Shown piece after piece: positions 50,291 through 63,999 of a stretch of 64,000 nt of DNA. The stretch is from Macrostomum lignano (Eukaryota). The translations under genes and the position numbers were made by a program. Below the pieces are notes generated by a model. That model did no database searches. It had not been told where the DNA came from and saw only the letters and a program-made list of their open reading frames with translations. Where the stretch lies: assembly GCA_002269645.1 (NCBI GenBank), contig NIVC01000067.1, positions 868,001 to 932,000 on the forward strand. The letters are read 5' to 3'. Within the stretch, counting starts at the first letter, position 1. The number at the start of each line of letters is the position of its first letter.

Positions 50291-51239
50291 ATCCCAGTCT
50301 CCGTCTCATCACTTTCTTACAAACTGCCTATTCCCCGTTCCTATCTCACGGAGAGACCTAATTATTCACTCAGCAAAGAATCGGCTATCAGAATTAAACA
50401 GAGGCAGCAGCAGTGTCTCCAACCTGCACACGCGGCAGCAGGAGCAGCAAGGAGGAACTTATTTCTGGGAATCCGCAGCTCTCCGCAAGGCACACACAGG
50501 ACGTAGAGGGACAGAGAGGGGGAATGCAAGGTAAAAACAGGGCGAGGGAAGCAGTTCACATGCTTGAAACGCGCAAAAGAATTTTGCAAAAGCATCGATA
50601 GCTACTCAGTGCGGAAACTGCTGGGACACAAGCAGACTCAGCGATAAAGGAGAGAGAGGGGGGAATGAAAGTGAGAAGCGGTAGCTAAAGGAAATTCAGA
50701 AAACCGTTTCGATTTGTGGAAGAGGATTCGCTTCATTTGCTCTGAGCTGTCAGTGCTGATACAGTGGGCCACACGTGGATAAGTGCAAAGCACTTTGACA
50801 GGTAGCTCTGCTTTTTAACTTGCTGCTTAGAGACTTCTCAAATAGAATGTCTGGCCAGCTATTGCAATGCGATAAGTCAATGCATTCTGCATCGTAACCT
50901 TATTACGGCTGCTGATATTCCTAAAATTTTTATATGGTCTGTCAACTGAGATCAGAAAGCACAGTAGGAAGCATTTATCAAAATTTATAATAAAACTCGA
51001 TAATTAAATTTTCAGTTCCTGAAATTGAGCACCGTATACAGTACTCTTAAGAAGACTGACTCATTTTTCTAAAAGTTTCTTTAAAAAGGAAACTTAAATT
51101 GAATAATTAAAACAAAGGTGTTTCTCAAATCTCTTGTTGTTAAGCACTGTTCTGAGTTTTAAGTTCTGATAATAATTATAATAATAATTGGTTCTATCAG
51201 CTATTGCACCGGCTCATCTGAAGGCTGCGTACGGCTGTT

Positions 51240-51855
51240 CAGTCTAAGGACTGGGGGTTCGCCACAAACATTCTCAATTACGTTCCCATTTTACAGCTGG
51301 GTGAACTGAAGCAATGTTAAGTGTCTTTCTCCCGCCCTGCAGGGACATCAGGGCGGTGACCATGGCCCTCTCGGGTCATGGCTGTTTTGCCAGTCATCGC
51401 CACCTCCAGGGAAAAATCCGCAGTGAGGAATGACCCTTCTGCCTCTCCGGTGTCGAGAATGCGGAGCACTTCATCTGTGAATGCCCCGCCTTTACTCAGG
51501 TCAGGCTCACCTACCTCGGCCTAAACCCGGATCTCTCCGACGCTTTTAGGTCCGAGAATCTCTGCTAGCTCGTCCGCTACCTATGGGCTACCGGGCGAGC
51601 GACCATCCACCTCCTGGACACCGGCACCACCGGATCTCCCTGCGCGACACCGCAGCACCAGCTACCTGTGGTTGCCAGGGGTTAGCGGGAGGGGCGGCAA
51701 CGCCTCCTCGCTGCATTCGGATGCACGGAGCCCCCTGCAGCTGAGTCAAGAAGTGTCTTGCTCAAGGACACAAACTGTTCCGAGTGGGTCCAGAATCGAA
51801 CCCCCAACCTTCCAGTCGTGAGTGGGACGCTCTAACCACTAGGCCACAGCCCCCC
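51240..51855 (-). mobile_element. tRNA-derived CORE-type SINE, interrupted by a LINE fragment
   Basis: Head GTGGCCTAGTGGTTAGAGCG...GGTTCGATTC (A and B boxes). Core CCCATTTTACAG..AACTGA..TTAAGTGTCTT|GCTCAAGGACAC is MIR/CORE-like. Confidence 0.75.
51328..51750 (+). mobile_element. 5'-truncated non-LTR retrotransposon 3' end (R1/LOA/I-type CCHC finger) with 9-bp TSD AAGTGTCTT
   Basis: Reads ALSGHGCF...*PFC..GVENAEHFICECPAF..VR..LG...RYLWATGR with two stops; TSD copies at 51319-27 and 51751-59. Confidence 0.8.
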
Positions 51856-51910
51856 TGTTCCGATCAAGCAAGCTCTGATGAATTCATACTGACAGTCACG
51901 GAGGACTCAC

Positions 51911-52100
51911 TGGGATTCCTGATCGGCGTGCTCCTCCTGCTGCACGTTCACGTTCTCCTTCATGACGAGGTTGCGGCCGCCCCGGCTCCACACGATCTTG
52001 GGGTTCGGCTTACCCCTGGCTCGGCACTTCACTATGAGCGTCTTGCCCTCGCCGATCTTGATGCTGTTGTGGATTGGGTACACGACTTCCGGCTCGGAGG
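51911..52100 (-). CDS. NRG: Ig I-set domain first half (ASEPEVVYP...GKTLIVKCRARGKPNPKIVWSRGG)
   Basis: C..G.P.P...W Ig motif; TTGCGCAG acceptor, CA|GTGAGT donor; phase 1-2. Confidence 0.92.
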
Positions 52101-52261
52101 CTGCGCAAGGAATAAAAATGATGGCGAGTGGTATTTACGGACTTCTTTAATTCTCCACCTGTGTCAGTTGTGGCACAGATGTTCGAACTTGTGAAAGCAT
52201 ATTTTAATAGCTGTAGTTCATTGGCTGGGCGTAAGGTTTATGAGACTTTGTGGCCAATCTG

Positions 52262-52512
52262 TTGAGATTTTGAATCATAAGTGTGAGATTTTGAATAATA
52301 AGGATGAGATTTTGAATAATAAGGATGAGATTTTGAATAATAAGTGTGAGATTTTGAATAATAAGGATGAGATTTTGAATAATAAGTGTGAGATTTTGAA
52401 TAATAATAAGGATGAGATTTTGAGTCATAAGGATGAGATTTTGAATAATAAGGGTGAGATTTTGAATAATAAGGATGAGATTTCAAATAATAAAGACGAG
52501 ATTTTGAATCTC
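52262..52512. repeat. 21-bp minisatellite (GATTTTGAATAATAAGGATGA)n
   Basis: About 12 copies. Confidence 0.9.
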
Positions 52513-53335
52513 AAAGCAAAAATTTTCTGCCAAAAATGGAGATAGCTCTCACTGCAGTTTGGGGATTTTCAATCATGCATCTAGTATCAGGTTTTGCACA
52601 GAGAAGATGCGATATTGTACTCGTATAAAATAATTGGAGAATGACAGAAAATATTAACAAAGACTTCAAAGCTATCCCGCAGAGCTGCTTCCATGATCTG
52701 CCCTCAGCTCTCACCCCTGTAGAGGCTCCAGAAGATGTGAACAAACTGACTGTCGGGGCTTCCGCCATTCGGCTCGGTGTGTTGGTACTGGCCTTGGTCT
52801 TGCATTCTCTAGCAGATAAGTTTATCCCGACTCAACTCCCTTTTTGTCCTCAAATAAGAGAGCGCCGGGAGCCGGAAGCAGCGATGGAGTTCTTCTTATT
52901 CTGCAGACCAGGGGCTGCTCGGCATGGGATTGGCTGCTCACAGCAGCTCAGCATTTTGAGCTTTTGCATGGTAATTTATTTCCACCAATCCATTTTCCTG
53001 AGCGAGATCAATGTATAATATTGTAATCTAAGCAAATTAATATTTGTTTACATGCTTTTGACTGCCAATATTGAACTATGAAAATAATTCAAATCATTTT
53101 TTGTCATTTTTATTTCATTAGGTACTCCGAAAGTTAGCTACTAAAACATGAAAACTGTTTATAGTCCTACTTTTCTACTCAGAAGCTGTTGAGTAGTAGT
53201 ATGATAAGCATATCGTGCTCTTAGATTAGCTAGCAGCCTAAAGAAGCTTAAAGTCAAACCAGTTTTACATAATACGTTGTTATTATGAAACCCGTGTGGC
53301 AATGTTACTCACGAGGGACTCACTTGTACCTTAGA

Positions 53336-53435
53336 GTGCCCAGCTCATTCGGGTATTTAACCTACAGAGTACCCAGCTCATTCGGGTATTTAACCTACAG
53401 AGTACCCAGCTCATCCGGGTATTTAACTTACAGAG
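53336..53435. repeat. 33-bp tandem repeat, 3 copies
   Basis: CCCAGCTCATTCGGGTATTTAACCTACAGAGTA. Confidence 0.85.
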
Positions 53436-54219
53436 GCATCGCATAGGTTTATAATTCTTTATGTGAATACCGCAATGTAAGACTGCTGCCAAGAGAGCAA
53501 ATTGACTCCAATGCTGAATTTAAACGCAGGCATTCCATCAGCGCCTGTCTCGGACAGCTGGGCAATGCATTCCCCTGCTTGAAGTGCAAAAGCAACAGAC
53601 CCGAAAGCAACACCCTGATACATGATTGCTTCTTCTGTTGCTGCCTGTCCTGAATCAGGCCGTTAATCCAGCAGTTAACCCGAAACCGCGGCCTCTATCC
53701 GCTGGCAGAGACTAATCCAGAAGTTGATTAACTAACAGAAGAAAAAAACAAAAAAGCGCGCCCAGCTTGATTTTTTAAGGCTTAGCTCGTAGCTAGCTGG
53801 ACGATTTCGGGCAAAAAACAAGGATTATGAAGAACTTGAACGGCAAGCTTAGAAGCCAAGATGTTCACCCACTGTGCCTGCAGTGTGATGAAGAAAGAGG
53901 CTGAGAGATCTTAGTTAACCACAAATTAGTTCTCGGGAGAGCAGTTCCAGGTGCTCCGCGGTCCCTATAAGCCAAGGGGGCACTCGGGTGTAACAGGCAG
54001 TCTTGACACGATTGCTTACTAATTATTAATGAGCTAGCTTGACGTTTTGTGTTTCTTTAAACAAATCTGATCAGTTTTACAAAAATCGGACCAATTTTGG
54101 AGATTAAAACTGGCAAACTTCCTGGCCATTTCTTGGAAACTGATCTCTGGAGATTTGAAGCTTTCTTAGAAAATAGATCGTGGACCGGCTGTTTCTTGGA
54201 AAGGGTTTTAATTTTAACG

Positions 54220-54665
54220 GTATCTAGCTGTTTCTTGTAAATTGTAAGCATTGAATTTAGTGTAGTTGTTTCTTGGAAATTGTAAACATTGAATATAGTT
54301 TAGCTGTTTCTTGGAAATAGAAAACATTGAATATAGTTTAGCTGTTTCTTGGAAATTGAAAACATTGAATATAGTTTAGCTGTTTCTTGGAAATTGAAAA
54401 CATTGAATATAGTTTAGCTGTTTCTTGGAAATTGAAAACATTGAATATAGTTTAGCTGTTTCTTGGAAATTGAAAACATTGAATATAGTTTAGCTGTTTC
54501 TTGGAAATTGAAAACATTGAATATAGTTTAGCTGTTTCTTAGAAATGGAAAACAGTAAATTTTGTTTAGCTGTTTCTTAGAAATGGAAAACGGTGAAAGT
54601 ATTGTAGCTGTTTCTAAGAAATGGAAAAAAACATTGGATGTAGTTTAGTCGTTTCTTAGAAATGG
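54220..54665. repeat. 38-bp minisatellite (TAGCTGTTTCTTGGAAATTGAAAACATTGAATATAGTT)n
   Basis: About 11 copies with degenerate ends. Confidence 0.9.
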
Positions 54666-54893
54666 AAACTTTGTGGTTTCGGTGGTTCGAGGAAAGTAGA
54701 AAGAAATGGATTTAGCTGCTTCTAAGAACTCGAAAGACGTGATAATTTTTGAATGTTTCCAGATGGAGAAATGTGTTCATTTTCTGGAAAGCCAAAATAT
54801 TTTTTCTTAGAAATTGACATCATTCAAGACAAGAAATTAGAAATAGTTTGATTTTTGTCTGTCCCTGAGAAAATGCTGAGATCTGCTCATTAC

Positions 54894-55141
54894 CGGACAG
54901 ATCCGTAGGTCCAGTTCTTGACGCCGAAGGTTTCACGGAAATTAGCGGCACACGTGCTTCGAATGCAAAATTCGACCCTCGGACAAATGGACTCCGAATC
55001 CCATAGAAGTTGCAGCTGAGCTGAGTTTCGTCTGCTGTCTGTGCGTCCCCGACCGGACGGCAGGAAGCTGGCTGGGCAGCTGCATCTTTGTTACTAGAGT
55101 AGAGGGAAGCCTTCTTCGTTTGAGCACAGCAGCTCGTGCCG
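54894..55141 (-). CDS. Candidate NRG N-terminal-domain exon (GTSCCAQ...SCNFYGIRSPFVRGSNFAF...PTDLS)
   Basis: TTCAG acceptor, G|GTAATG donor, 82 stop-free codons. Its phase-2 entry does not match exon 1, so an additional exon would be needed. Confidence 0.35.
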
Positions 55142-55334
55142 CTGAAGTAACCGGATTAACGGACTTAGACTAGCCTTTGTAGTTCTGTCCCGTTGATCCA
55201 ATTAATCTGCGTCAATAAATTCCATGGATTTAAGATGTGAAGCCGCAGCTCGAGGAGTCAGGGGGCCGAGCGCATTCTCAAGGCAATGAGTTCCCTCGGT
55301 AGGGATGCCTCGGGAGCCACTTGCATCGTCCACA

Positions 55335-56110
55335 TCGCACCTTGTTTATCAGACACCCCACCTCACTCCTCTTTATCGCACCTTGTTCAACAGACACCCC
55401 ACCTCACTCCTCTTTATCGCACCTTGTTTATCAGACACCCACCTCACTCCTCTTTATCGCACCTTGTTCATCAGACACCCCACCTCACTCCTCTTTATCG
55501 CACCTTGTTCATCAGACACCCCACCTCACTCCTCTTTATCGCACCTTGTTCATCAGACACCCACCTCACTCCTCTTTATCGCACCTTGTTCATCAGACAC
55601 CCACCTCACTCCTCTTTATCGCACCTTGTTTATCAGATACCCACCTCACTCCTCTTTATCGCACCTTGTTCATCAGATACCCACCTCACTCCTCTTTATC
55701 GCACCTTGTTCATCAGACACCCCACCTCACTCCTCTTTATCGCACCTTGTTTATCAGATACCCACCTCACTCCTCTTTATCGCACCTTGTTCATCAGATA
55801 CCCACCTCACTCCTCTTTATCGCACCTTGTTCATCAGACACCCCACCTCACTCCTCTTTATCGCACCTTGTTTATCAGATACCCACCTCACTCCTCTTTA
55901 TCGCACCTTGTTCATCAGATACCCACCTCACTCCTCTTTATCGCACCTTGTTTATCAGATACCCACCTCACTCCTCTTTATCGCACCTTGTTCATCAGAT
56001 ACCCACCTCACTCCTCTTTATCGCACCTTGTTCATCAGACACCCACCTCACTCCTCCTCTTTATCGCACCTTGTTTATCAGATACCCCACCTCACTCCTT
56101 TTATCGCACC
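55335..56110. repeat. 40/41-bp minisatellite (CGCACCTTGTTCATCAGACACCCCACCTCACTCCTCTTTAT)n
   Basis: About 19 copies. Confidence 0.95.
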
Positions 56111-56488
56111 TGGACTCCCAGGTAATTGAAGTCGCTCGAGAAAACCCCCAGTTTGGGGAATCGAGCGTGGGAAAGGAGGGCCACGCGAGGAGCCGATTCC
56201 AGCAAATATTCGGTAAAGTTTCTACACTGCAAAACATAATCAATCGATTGAGATCTGCTCCGCCCGTGCTCCCACCAGTCTGTTCCCTCTTCATCAAACT
56301 GCACCTTCATCCAGCATTGCCTCAGAGTCCAGCGTGCACTGTGCCAGGTGGGGAAGAGAAGCACGGAATTCGAACCCGCAATTTGACAAGATGAGAGCCA
56401 GACGGGCTACACAGCCTCTCGGCCTCATCATCTCTTCTCTCTTAAACGCTCCAACGCGCTGAGACATCATAGTCAGTTGGACAAGCAA

Positions 56489-57220
<732 letters not shown>

Positions 57221-57699
57221 TGAGCAGGCCCCAGAGAGACGGGAAGAGAGATGGAGAGTAAAAATGAAGCGAGAAGCATTGCAAATGTTAAAAGCAGAGC
57301 AAAGAACACAGTGGAAAGAGTTGCGGCCTCTCTCTTTAATTGAACTGGGAGTGGACACTCAACAGGGAAACAGGCCTCAGCCAAAGGGTGCAGCAAAGGA
57401 GGCGCAAACTGACTGAACTGCGCACCCGCCCTTAAGAATAGGAGACAGAGTTGCATAATTCATCAGCGTATTCTGGACTGGATCGGATTTTCAATTTTTC
57501 GCATTCAATTCGGCAAGCGGTTTCAATCTCCGGGGAATCGAGGAATCCCAGGTACTTTCAGGAAGCTCTGACTTTCCTTAATAACAGGATGCTAACTTTA
57601 ATTAAAACAAAATATTGAAGACCTTGAAAACTAGAATAAAGCAACTCAGATCCAATTACATTTCCAGTCTCACTACCTATATATCTAGTCTCCCTGCCC

Positions 57700-58135
57700 T
57701 CCGATCTCCGATCTAGTCTCACTGACTCGGATCTAGTCTCACTGATCTCTGATCTATTATCGCTAATCTCTGATCTAGTATCGCTAATCTCTGATCTAGT
57801 ATCGCTAAACTCTGATCTAGTCTCACTGATCTCTGATCTAGTGTCACTAGTCTCTGATCTAATCTCACTGATCTCTGATCTAGTATCGCTAATCTCTGAT
57901 CTAGTATCGCTAATCTTTGATTTAGTATCGCTAATCTCTGATCTAGTATCGCTAATCTCTGATCTAGTATTGCTAATCTCTGATCTAGTATCGCTAATCT
58001 CTGATTTAGTATTGCTAATCTCTGATCTAGTATCGCTAATCTCTGATTTAGTATCGCTAATCTCTGATCTAGTATCGCTAATCTCTGATCTAGTCTCACT
58101 GATCTCTGATCTAGTCGCACTAATATTTGATATAC
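57700..58135. repeat. 21-bp minisatellite (TCTGATCTAGTATCGCTAATC)n at the start of NRG intron 1
   Basis: About 20 copies. Confidence 0.93.
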
Positions 58136-58183
58136 GAGCTAGTCCCACTAGTCTAGTCTCACTACCAATAGATTTAGTCTCAC

Positions 58184-58367
58184 CAGTAATATAATCCACC
58201 TCGACCGCAATGAGGTACCGAGCTCGAACCCCGGGACTGGCGGTCGTAGCCAAAGCAGATCTCGAAGTTTCACCCTGCGACTCTTGAGCCGCGACGCTGA
58301 AGCCGGCAAGTAATAGTGTTACCATGGCAACGAGCGCCGACAGGCGGTGTTTGGTAATTCGCCGCAT
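58184..58367 (-). CDS. NRG: Probable first NRG coding exon with signal peptide (MRRITKHRLSALVAMVTLLLAGFSVAAQ...VEVDYIT)
   Basis: Classical n/h/c signal peptide; G|GTGAGA donor, phase 1, compatible with the Ig exon acceptor at 52100. Confidence 0.65.
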
Positions 58368-58907
58368 ACCCGAATCAATGCTTCACAGCGAAGTGAGTGC
58401 TGGGTGTTTGTTGCAGCTAAGCAGCACTTCAGCTGTCAGAGGCCACCAGCATAATCGCCTCCTGTCCCCTACTGTCTTTTAGCGCTGACAACAGCCAGCC
58501 GCTTGCAGTTGCTTTTAGAAGCATTTTTCAACGCAGCAGAGCCAATGTGGTTGCTCACCCAAGCAATTCAATTCATTCGATCCTTGCTCAACCCCTACGC
58601 CTTCTGAGCAGCTTGAAGAACACTGACCAACCTCAGTCCGATTGGCTGAGGGCTTACAATCGCTAAGGGCTTGAGAAGTTACCGGCTTTACTCAAGCAGT
58701 CTTCTCTAATCAGATGCTGCAAGCCCTTCAAGTGCCATTTAACCTGCCGGGTCTACTCACTGCTCCAGGCTGTCTTCTTTAACTTGACGTAGTTTAATCA
58801 TTTTGATGGTTGGGGTGATTTTTTCAGCTAATTTGAGCATATTTTACACTAATGAATGAATGCTGCCTCTGATATTGACTTCAGTATCCATTTTTTCTGA
58901 CCTGCAC

Positions 58908-61705
58908 TCACTGTGACCTACACTCACTGTGACCTACACTCACTGTGACCTACACTCACTGTGACCTACTATCACTGTGACCTACACTCACTGTGACCTA
59001 CTATCACTGTGACTTACACTAACTGTGACCTACACTCACTGTGACCTACACTCACTGTGACCTACACTAACTGTGACCTACACTCACTGTGACTTACACT
59101 CACTGTGACTTACACTAACTGTGACCTACACTCACTGTGACCTACACTCACTGTGAACTACACTAACTGTGACCTACACTCACTGTGACTTACACTCACT
59201 GTGATCTACACTCACTGTGACCTACTATCACTGTGACCTACTATCACTGTGACCTACTATCACTGTGACCTACTATCACTGTGACCTACTATCACTGTGA
59301 CCTACTATCACTGTGACATACACTCACTGTGACCTACACTAACTGTGACCTACACTCACTGTGACCTACACTCACTGTGACCTACTATCACTGTGGCCTA
59401 CTATCACTGTGACCTACTATCACTGTGGCCTACTATCACTGTGACCTACACTCACTGTGACCTACACTCACTGTGACCTACTATCACTGTGACCTACACT
59501 CACTGTGACCTACACTCACTGTGACCTACTATCACTGTGACCTACACTCACTGTGACCTACACTCACTGTGACCTACACTCACTGTGACCTACACTCACT
59601 GTGACCTACACTCACTGTGACCTACACTCACTGTGACCTACACTAACTGTGACCTACACTCACTGTGACCTACACTCACTGTGACCTACACTCACTGTGA
59701 CCTACTATCACTGTGGCCTACTATCACTGTGACCTACTATCACTGTGACCTACTATCACTGTGACCTACTATCACTGTGACCTACACTCACTGTGACCTA
59801 CACTCACTGTGACCTACACTCACTGTGACCTACACTCACTGTGACCTACACTCACTGTGACCTACACTCACTGTGACCTACACTCACTGTGACCTACACT
59901 CACTGTGACCTACACTCACTGTGACCTACACTCACTGTGACCTACACTCACTGTGACCTACACTCACTGTGACCTACACTCACTGTGACCTACACTCACT
60001 TTGACCTACACTCACTGTGACCTACTATCACTGTGACCTACTATCACTGTGACCTACTAACACTATGACCTACACTCACTGTGACCTACACTCACTGTGA
60101 CCTACACTCACTTTGACCTACACTCACTGTGACCTACACTCACTGTGACCTACTAACACTATGACCTACACTCACTGTGACCTACTATCACTGTGGCCTA
60201 CTATCACTGTGACCTACTAACACTATGACCTACACTCACTGTGACCTACTATCACTGTGACATACACTCATTTTGACCTACATTCACTGTGACCTACACT
60301 CACTGTGACCTACACTCACTGTGACCTACACTCACTGGGACCTACTATCACTGTGACCTACTATCACTGTGACCTACTATCACTGTGACCTACTAACACT
60401 GTGACCTACTATCACTGTGACCTACACTCACTTTGACCTACTATCACTATGACCTACTATCACTGTGACCTACACTCACTGTGACCTACTATCACTGTGG
60501 CCTACTAACACTATGACCTACACTCACTGTGACCTACACTCACTGTGACCTACACTCACTGTGACCTACTATCACTGTGACCTACTATCACTGTGACATA
60601 CACTCATTTTGACCTACATTCACTGTGACCTAAACTCACTGTGACCTACACTCACTGTGACCTACACTCACTGGGACCTACTATCACTGTGACCTACTAT
60701 CACTGTGACCTACTATCACTGTGACCTACTAACACTGTGACCTACTATCACTGTGACCTACACTCACTTTGACCTACTATCACTATGACCTACTATCACT
60801 GTGACCTACACTCACTTTGACCTACTATCACTATGACCTACACTCACTGTGACCTACACTCACTGTGACCTACTATCACTGACCTACTATCACTGTGACC
60901 TACTATCACTGACCTACACTCACTGTGACCTACACTCACTGTGACCTACACTCACTGTGACCTACACTAACTGTGACCTACACTCACTGTGACCTACTAT
61001 CACTGACCTACTATCACTGTGACCTACTATCACTGTGACCTACTATCACTGTGACCTACTATCACTGTGACCTACTATCACTGTGACCTACTATCACTGT
61101 GACATACACTCATTTTGACCTACATTCACTGTGACCTACACTCACTGTGACCTACACTCACTGTGACCTACACTCACTGGGACCTACTATCACTGTGACC
61201 TACTATCACTGTGACCTACTATCACTGTGACATACTAACACTGTGACCTACTATCACTGTGACCTACACTCACTTTGACCTACTATCACTATGACCTACT
61301 ATCACTGTGACCTACACTCACTTTGACCTACTATCACTATGACCTACACTCACTGTGACCTACACTCACTGTGACCTACTATCACTGACCTACTATCACT
61401 GTGACCTACTATCACTGACCTACTATCACTGTGACCTACTATCACTGACCTACTATCACTGTGACCTACTATCACTGACCTACTATCACTGTGACCTACT
61501 ATCACTGACCTACTATCACTGTGACCTACTATCACTGACCTACACTCACTGTGACCTACACTCACTGTGACCTACACTCACTGTGACCTACACTAACTGT
61601 GACCTACACTCACTGTGACCTACTATCACTGACCTACTATCACTGTGACCTACTATCACTGTGACCTACACTCACTTTGACCTACATTCACTGTGACTTA
61701 CACTC
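58908..61705. repeat. 2.8-kb 16-bp minisatellite (CTGTGACCTACACTCA / CTGTGACCTACTATCA)n
   Basis: About 175 units of two main variants plus 14-bp deletion variants. Confidence 0.97.
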
Positions 61706-62344
61706 ACCATTACCAATATCATATTCGTTCACTGGTTTGTGTGGCTAACAATATCTCATTGAGTGTTCTAAGTCCATTATGTCTATTATTAATCTCTTAA
61801 CTTAATTCAGTCAATAGTTTGCTGAACAACCTACTGTAAGTAATACATAGTCCACCGTATCTGTCAAATCCTTGACCTGTATTGAATATAGCAGGCCTAC
61901 CTTATCAAAGGGATCACTTCAAAGGGAGTCAAATTTACCTTCTTGCTGTCTTCCCAAGATTCGAACCGTGCGGGTCACAGCAACATGTATTGGCGGGAAT
62001 TACTCTTTGCACCTCTCGACTCCGCTGTCCAGCACGCCAGGGCCCCAGCGGTATAAATCAGAGGGTTAGGGGCTTCAGGCTGGGGATCTATCACCCGCTG
62101 GGGAGGGTCCCAGAGATATTAGAGATTTACAATCCCGGCATAATCGGGATGATAAGGTCAGACTGTGTCCGTGCGGAGTGCTGCTCGAGTGCAGTCGCAA
62201 TTGGCTCTTAGAATGCGCACCAAGCATGCTGGAGCTTTGTCGAGCGCACTGCCTGCGACGCATCTTGGCAAAAACGAAGCCTGATCTTAATTATCAGGGT
62301 AATAGTCGATTTGTCAATTACTCTTCGCCATTATTATTACGAAC

Positions 62345-62437
62345 ATATTATCATCATCAGTATCACGATCACCACCATTTCCATCTCCATCATCATCATA
62401 ATCATCACCATCATCACCATTATCATCATCATCACCG

Positions 62438-62470
<33 letters not shown>

Positions 62471-62556
62471 CCGTCATCATCATCATCATCATTATCATCA
62501 TCATCACCGTCATCATCATCATCATCATTATCATCATCATCTTCTTCTTCTTCTTC
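62345..62556. repeat. (CAT)n/(CTT)5 tract, the 3' tail of the RTE LINE
   Basis: On the minus strand (GAA)5(GAT)n begins ~145 nt after the LINE stop codon. Confidence 0.85.
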
Positions 62557-62700
62557 CCTTTTGTCGCCTGTGTGGCATGGGCAGTCTTCGGGGTCTCTCG
62601 TCAGCAGTCCTTGCAGGTGCGTAGGTGGCGTGCCATGTTCGTCGCGGCGAGCGTGCGCCCACAACCTTCGCATTGTTTAGTTTTCGCTCGGTACTTCCTC

Positions 62701-63999
62701 TCACCTCCGGGACCGTGTCTCTTCCCGCGTTGTACCGCAGGTTTTGCGGTGTCTCGCTAGGTTTGATTTCGATATTTCTCGAGCACAGTTCGCGCATTTT
62801 ACGCGGTTTCCTCCCACTTCTCTCTCTCCTCCGCAGACCTTTACGTGGTTTAACCACGTTGCCTCTTGCCTGAACTGCTTCTCGCATTTTTCGCACTTGA
62901 ACGTTACTGGTTCTTCTATCTTGCGGTGCATCCTCTTTTGGTGAATGGTCAGGCCTGCTTTGCTTTTGCACTCCTTTCCGCAGTCTGCGTATTCACATAT
63001 GAATGTTCTTGTTTTCTCCTGTTTCTGTTTGTCGTTCCTTTCGATGTTCCTTGCTTCTGCCTTCTTTCCTTGTTGTTGTTCCCATCTCTTGAGGTGGCTT
63101 ATGCGTTCTTGAACAATTTTTCGCCATTTCTGGCGGTCGGTTGCTAGTCTCTCTGTCCTTTCGGGCTCGATCCCTGCTTGGCGTAGTAGTCGCTTCCAAT
63201 ATTCAATGGTGTTACCTTTTCTCGTACGTGTTTTCTTAATCTTTTCCAGACCTTTGTACCATCCGAGAACCATCTTTTTCGTTAGGCGGTTCGCCTCCAT
63301 GCGAAGCACATGTCCGATGCGGATCAGGTGGCTCTTCTCAATCTTTGTTTGTATTGTCGTTACTTCTAGTTCATTGCGAATGTCCTGCATATTTATTCCT
63401 TTTGCCTCCATTTCCCTTAGTGGTTCCATTTTCCTGCTGCTCCATATCTGCCGGTAGATCCGGTCCATGAAGCTTTGTAGTTGTTTCGTTTCTGACTTCA
63501 GGAATGGGCGTATGTTCGCGTGGAATAGCAGGATGCTCTCTATACAGGCTTCAACGACCTTCGCTTGCGTGGTCTTTTTCAACCTGCACTTGATGAAACG
63601 TCTACGGATCGTCGACCAGCTTCTCGCCGCTTTTTGCAATCTCTGGCTCGTGTCATATTTCGTGTCCGTCCATGATCCTAGCATTCGTACTTTTCCTCCC
63701 TCTCTGGTTCCGAATATCATTACCTCTTGCTTTTTGTCGTTCGTTTGTTCTTCGAATCCTGCCATTATTTCTTTCGTCGACTCTAGGCCCGCGCTGAGTT
63801 CCTTGCGGTTGCCTAGGATAGTGGTGTCGTCTGCGAATAGAACTGTTCTGATGAGTTCGGTTTTGGTCTCCGAGTTTGGTTGGTTTCTTCGCTGAGGTGG
63901 GAGTGAGCTTCCTGGGAGGTATGTCCATTCGATTCCGCATATTTGCTCTTTCTCCTTCGCTGTTTGTGTTCTTTTCTCCTCGACTTCCCTGATGCATGC
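62701..63999 (-). mobile_element. RTE-clade non-LTR retrotransposon ORF, 3' part (RT FADD, RIGHVLRM, three C-terminal zinc fingers)
   Basis: Stop-free from the window edge: ..TVLFADDTTILG.. to C2H2 CEYADC..HQKRMH and two C2HC fingers. Confidence 0.93.

Noticed and set aside
51790-51855. Functional tRNA gene
   Set aside because: A and B boxes are present, but there is no paired acceptor stem and the sequence continues into a SINE core. The isolated GGATTCGAAC hits at ~45307, ~56366 and ~61958 are likewise only fragments.
62150-62290. HCLRRIL peptide reminiscent of a second RTE/L2 fragment on the plus strand
   Set aside because: Too short and degenerate to support without a profile search.
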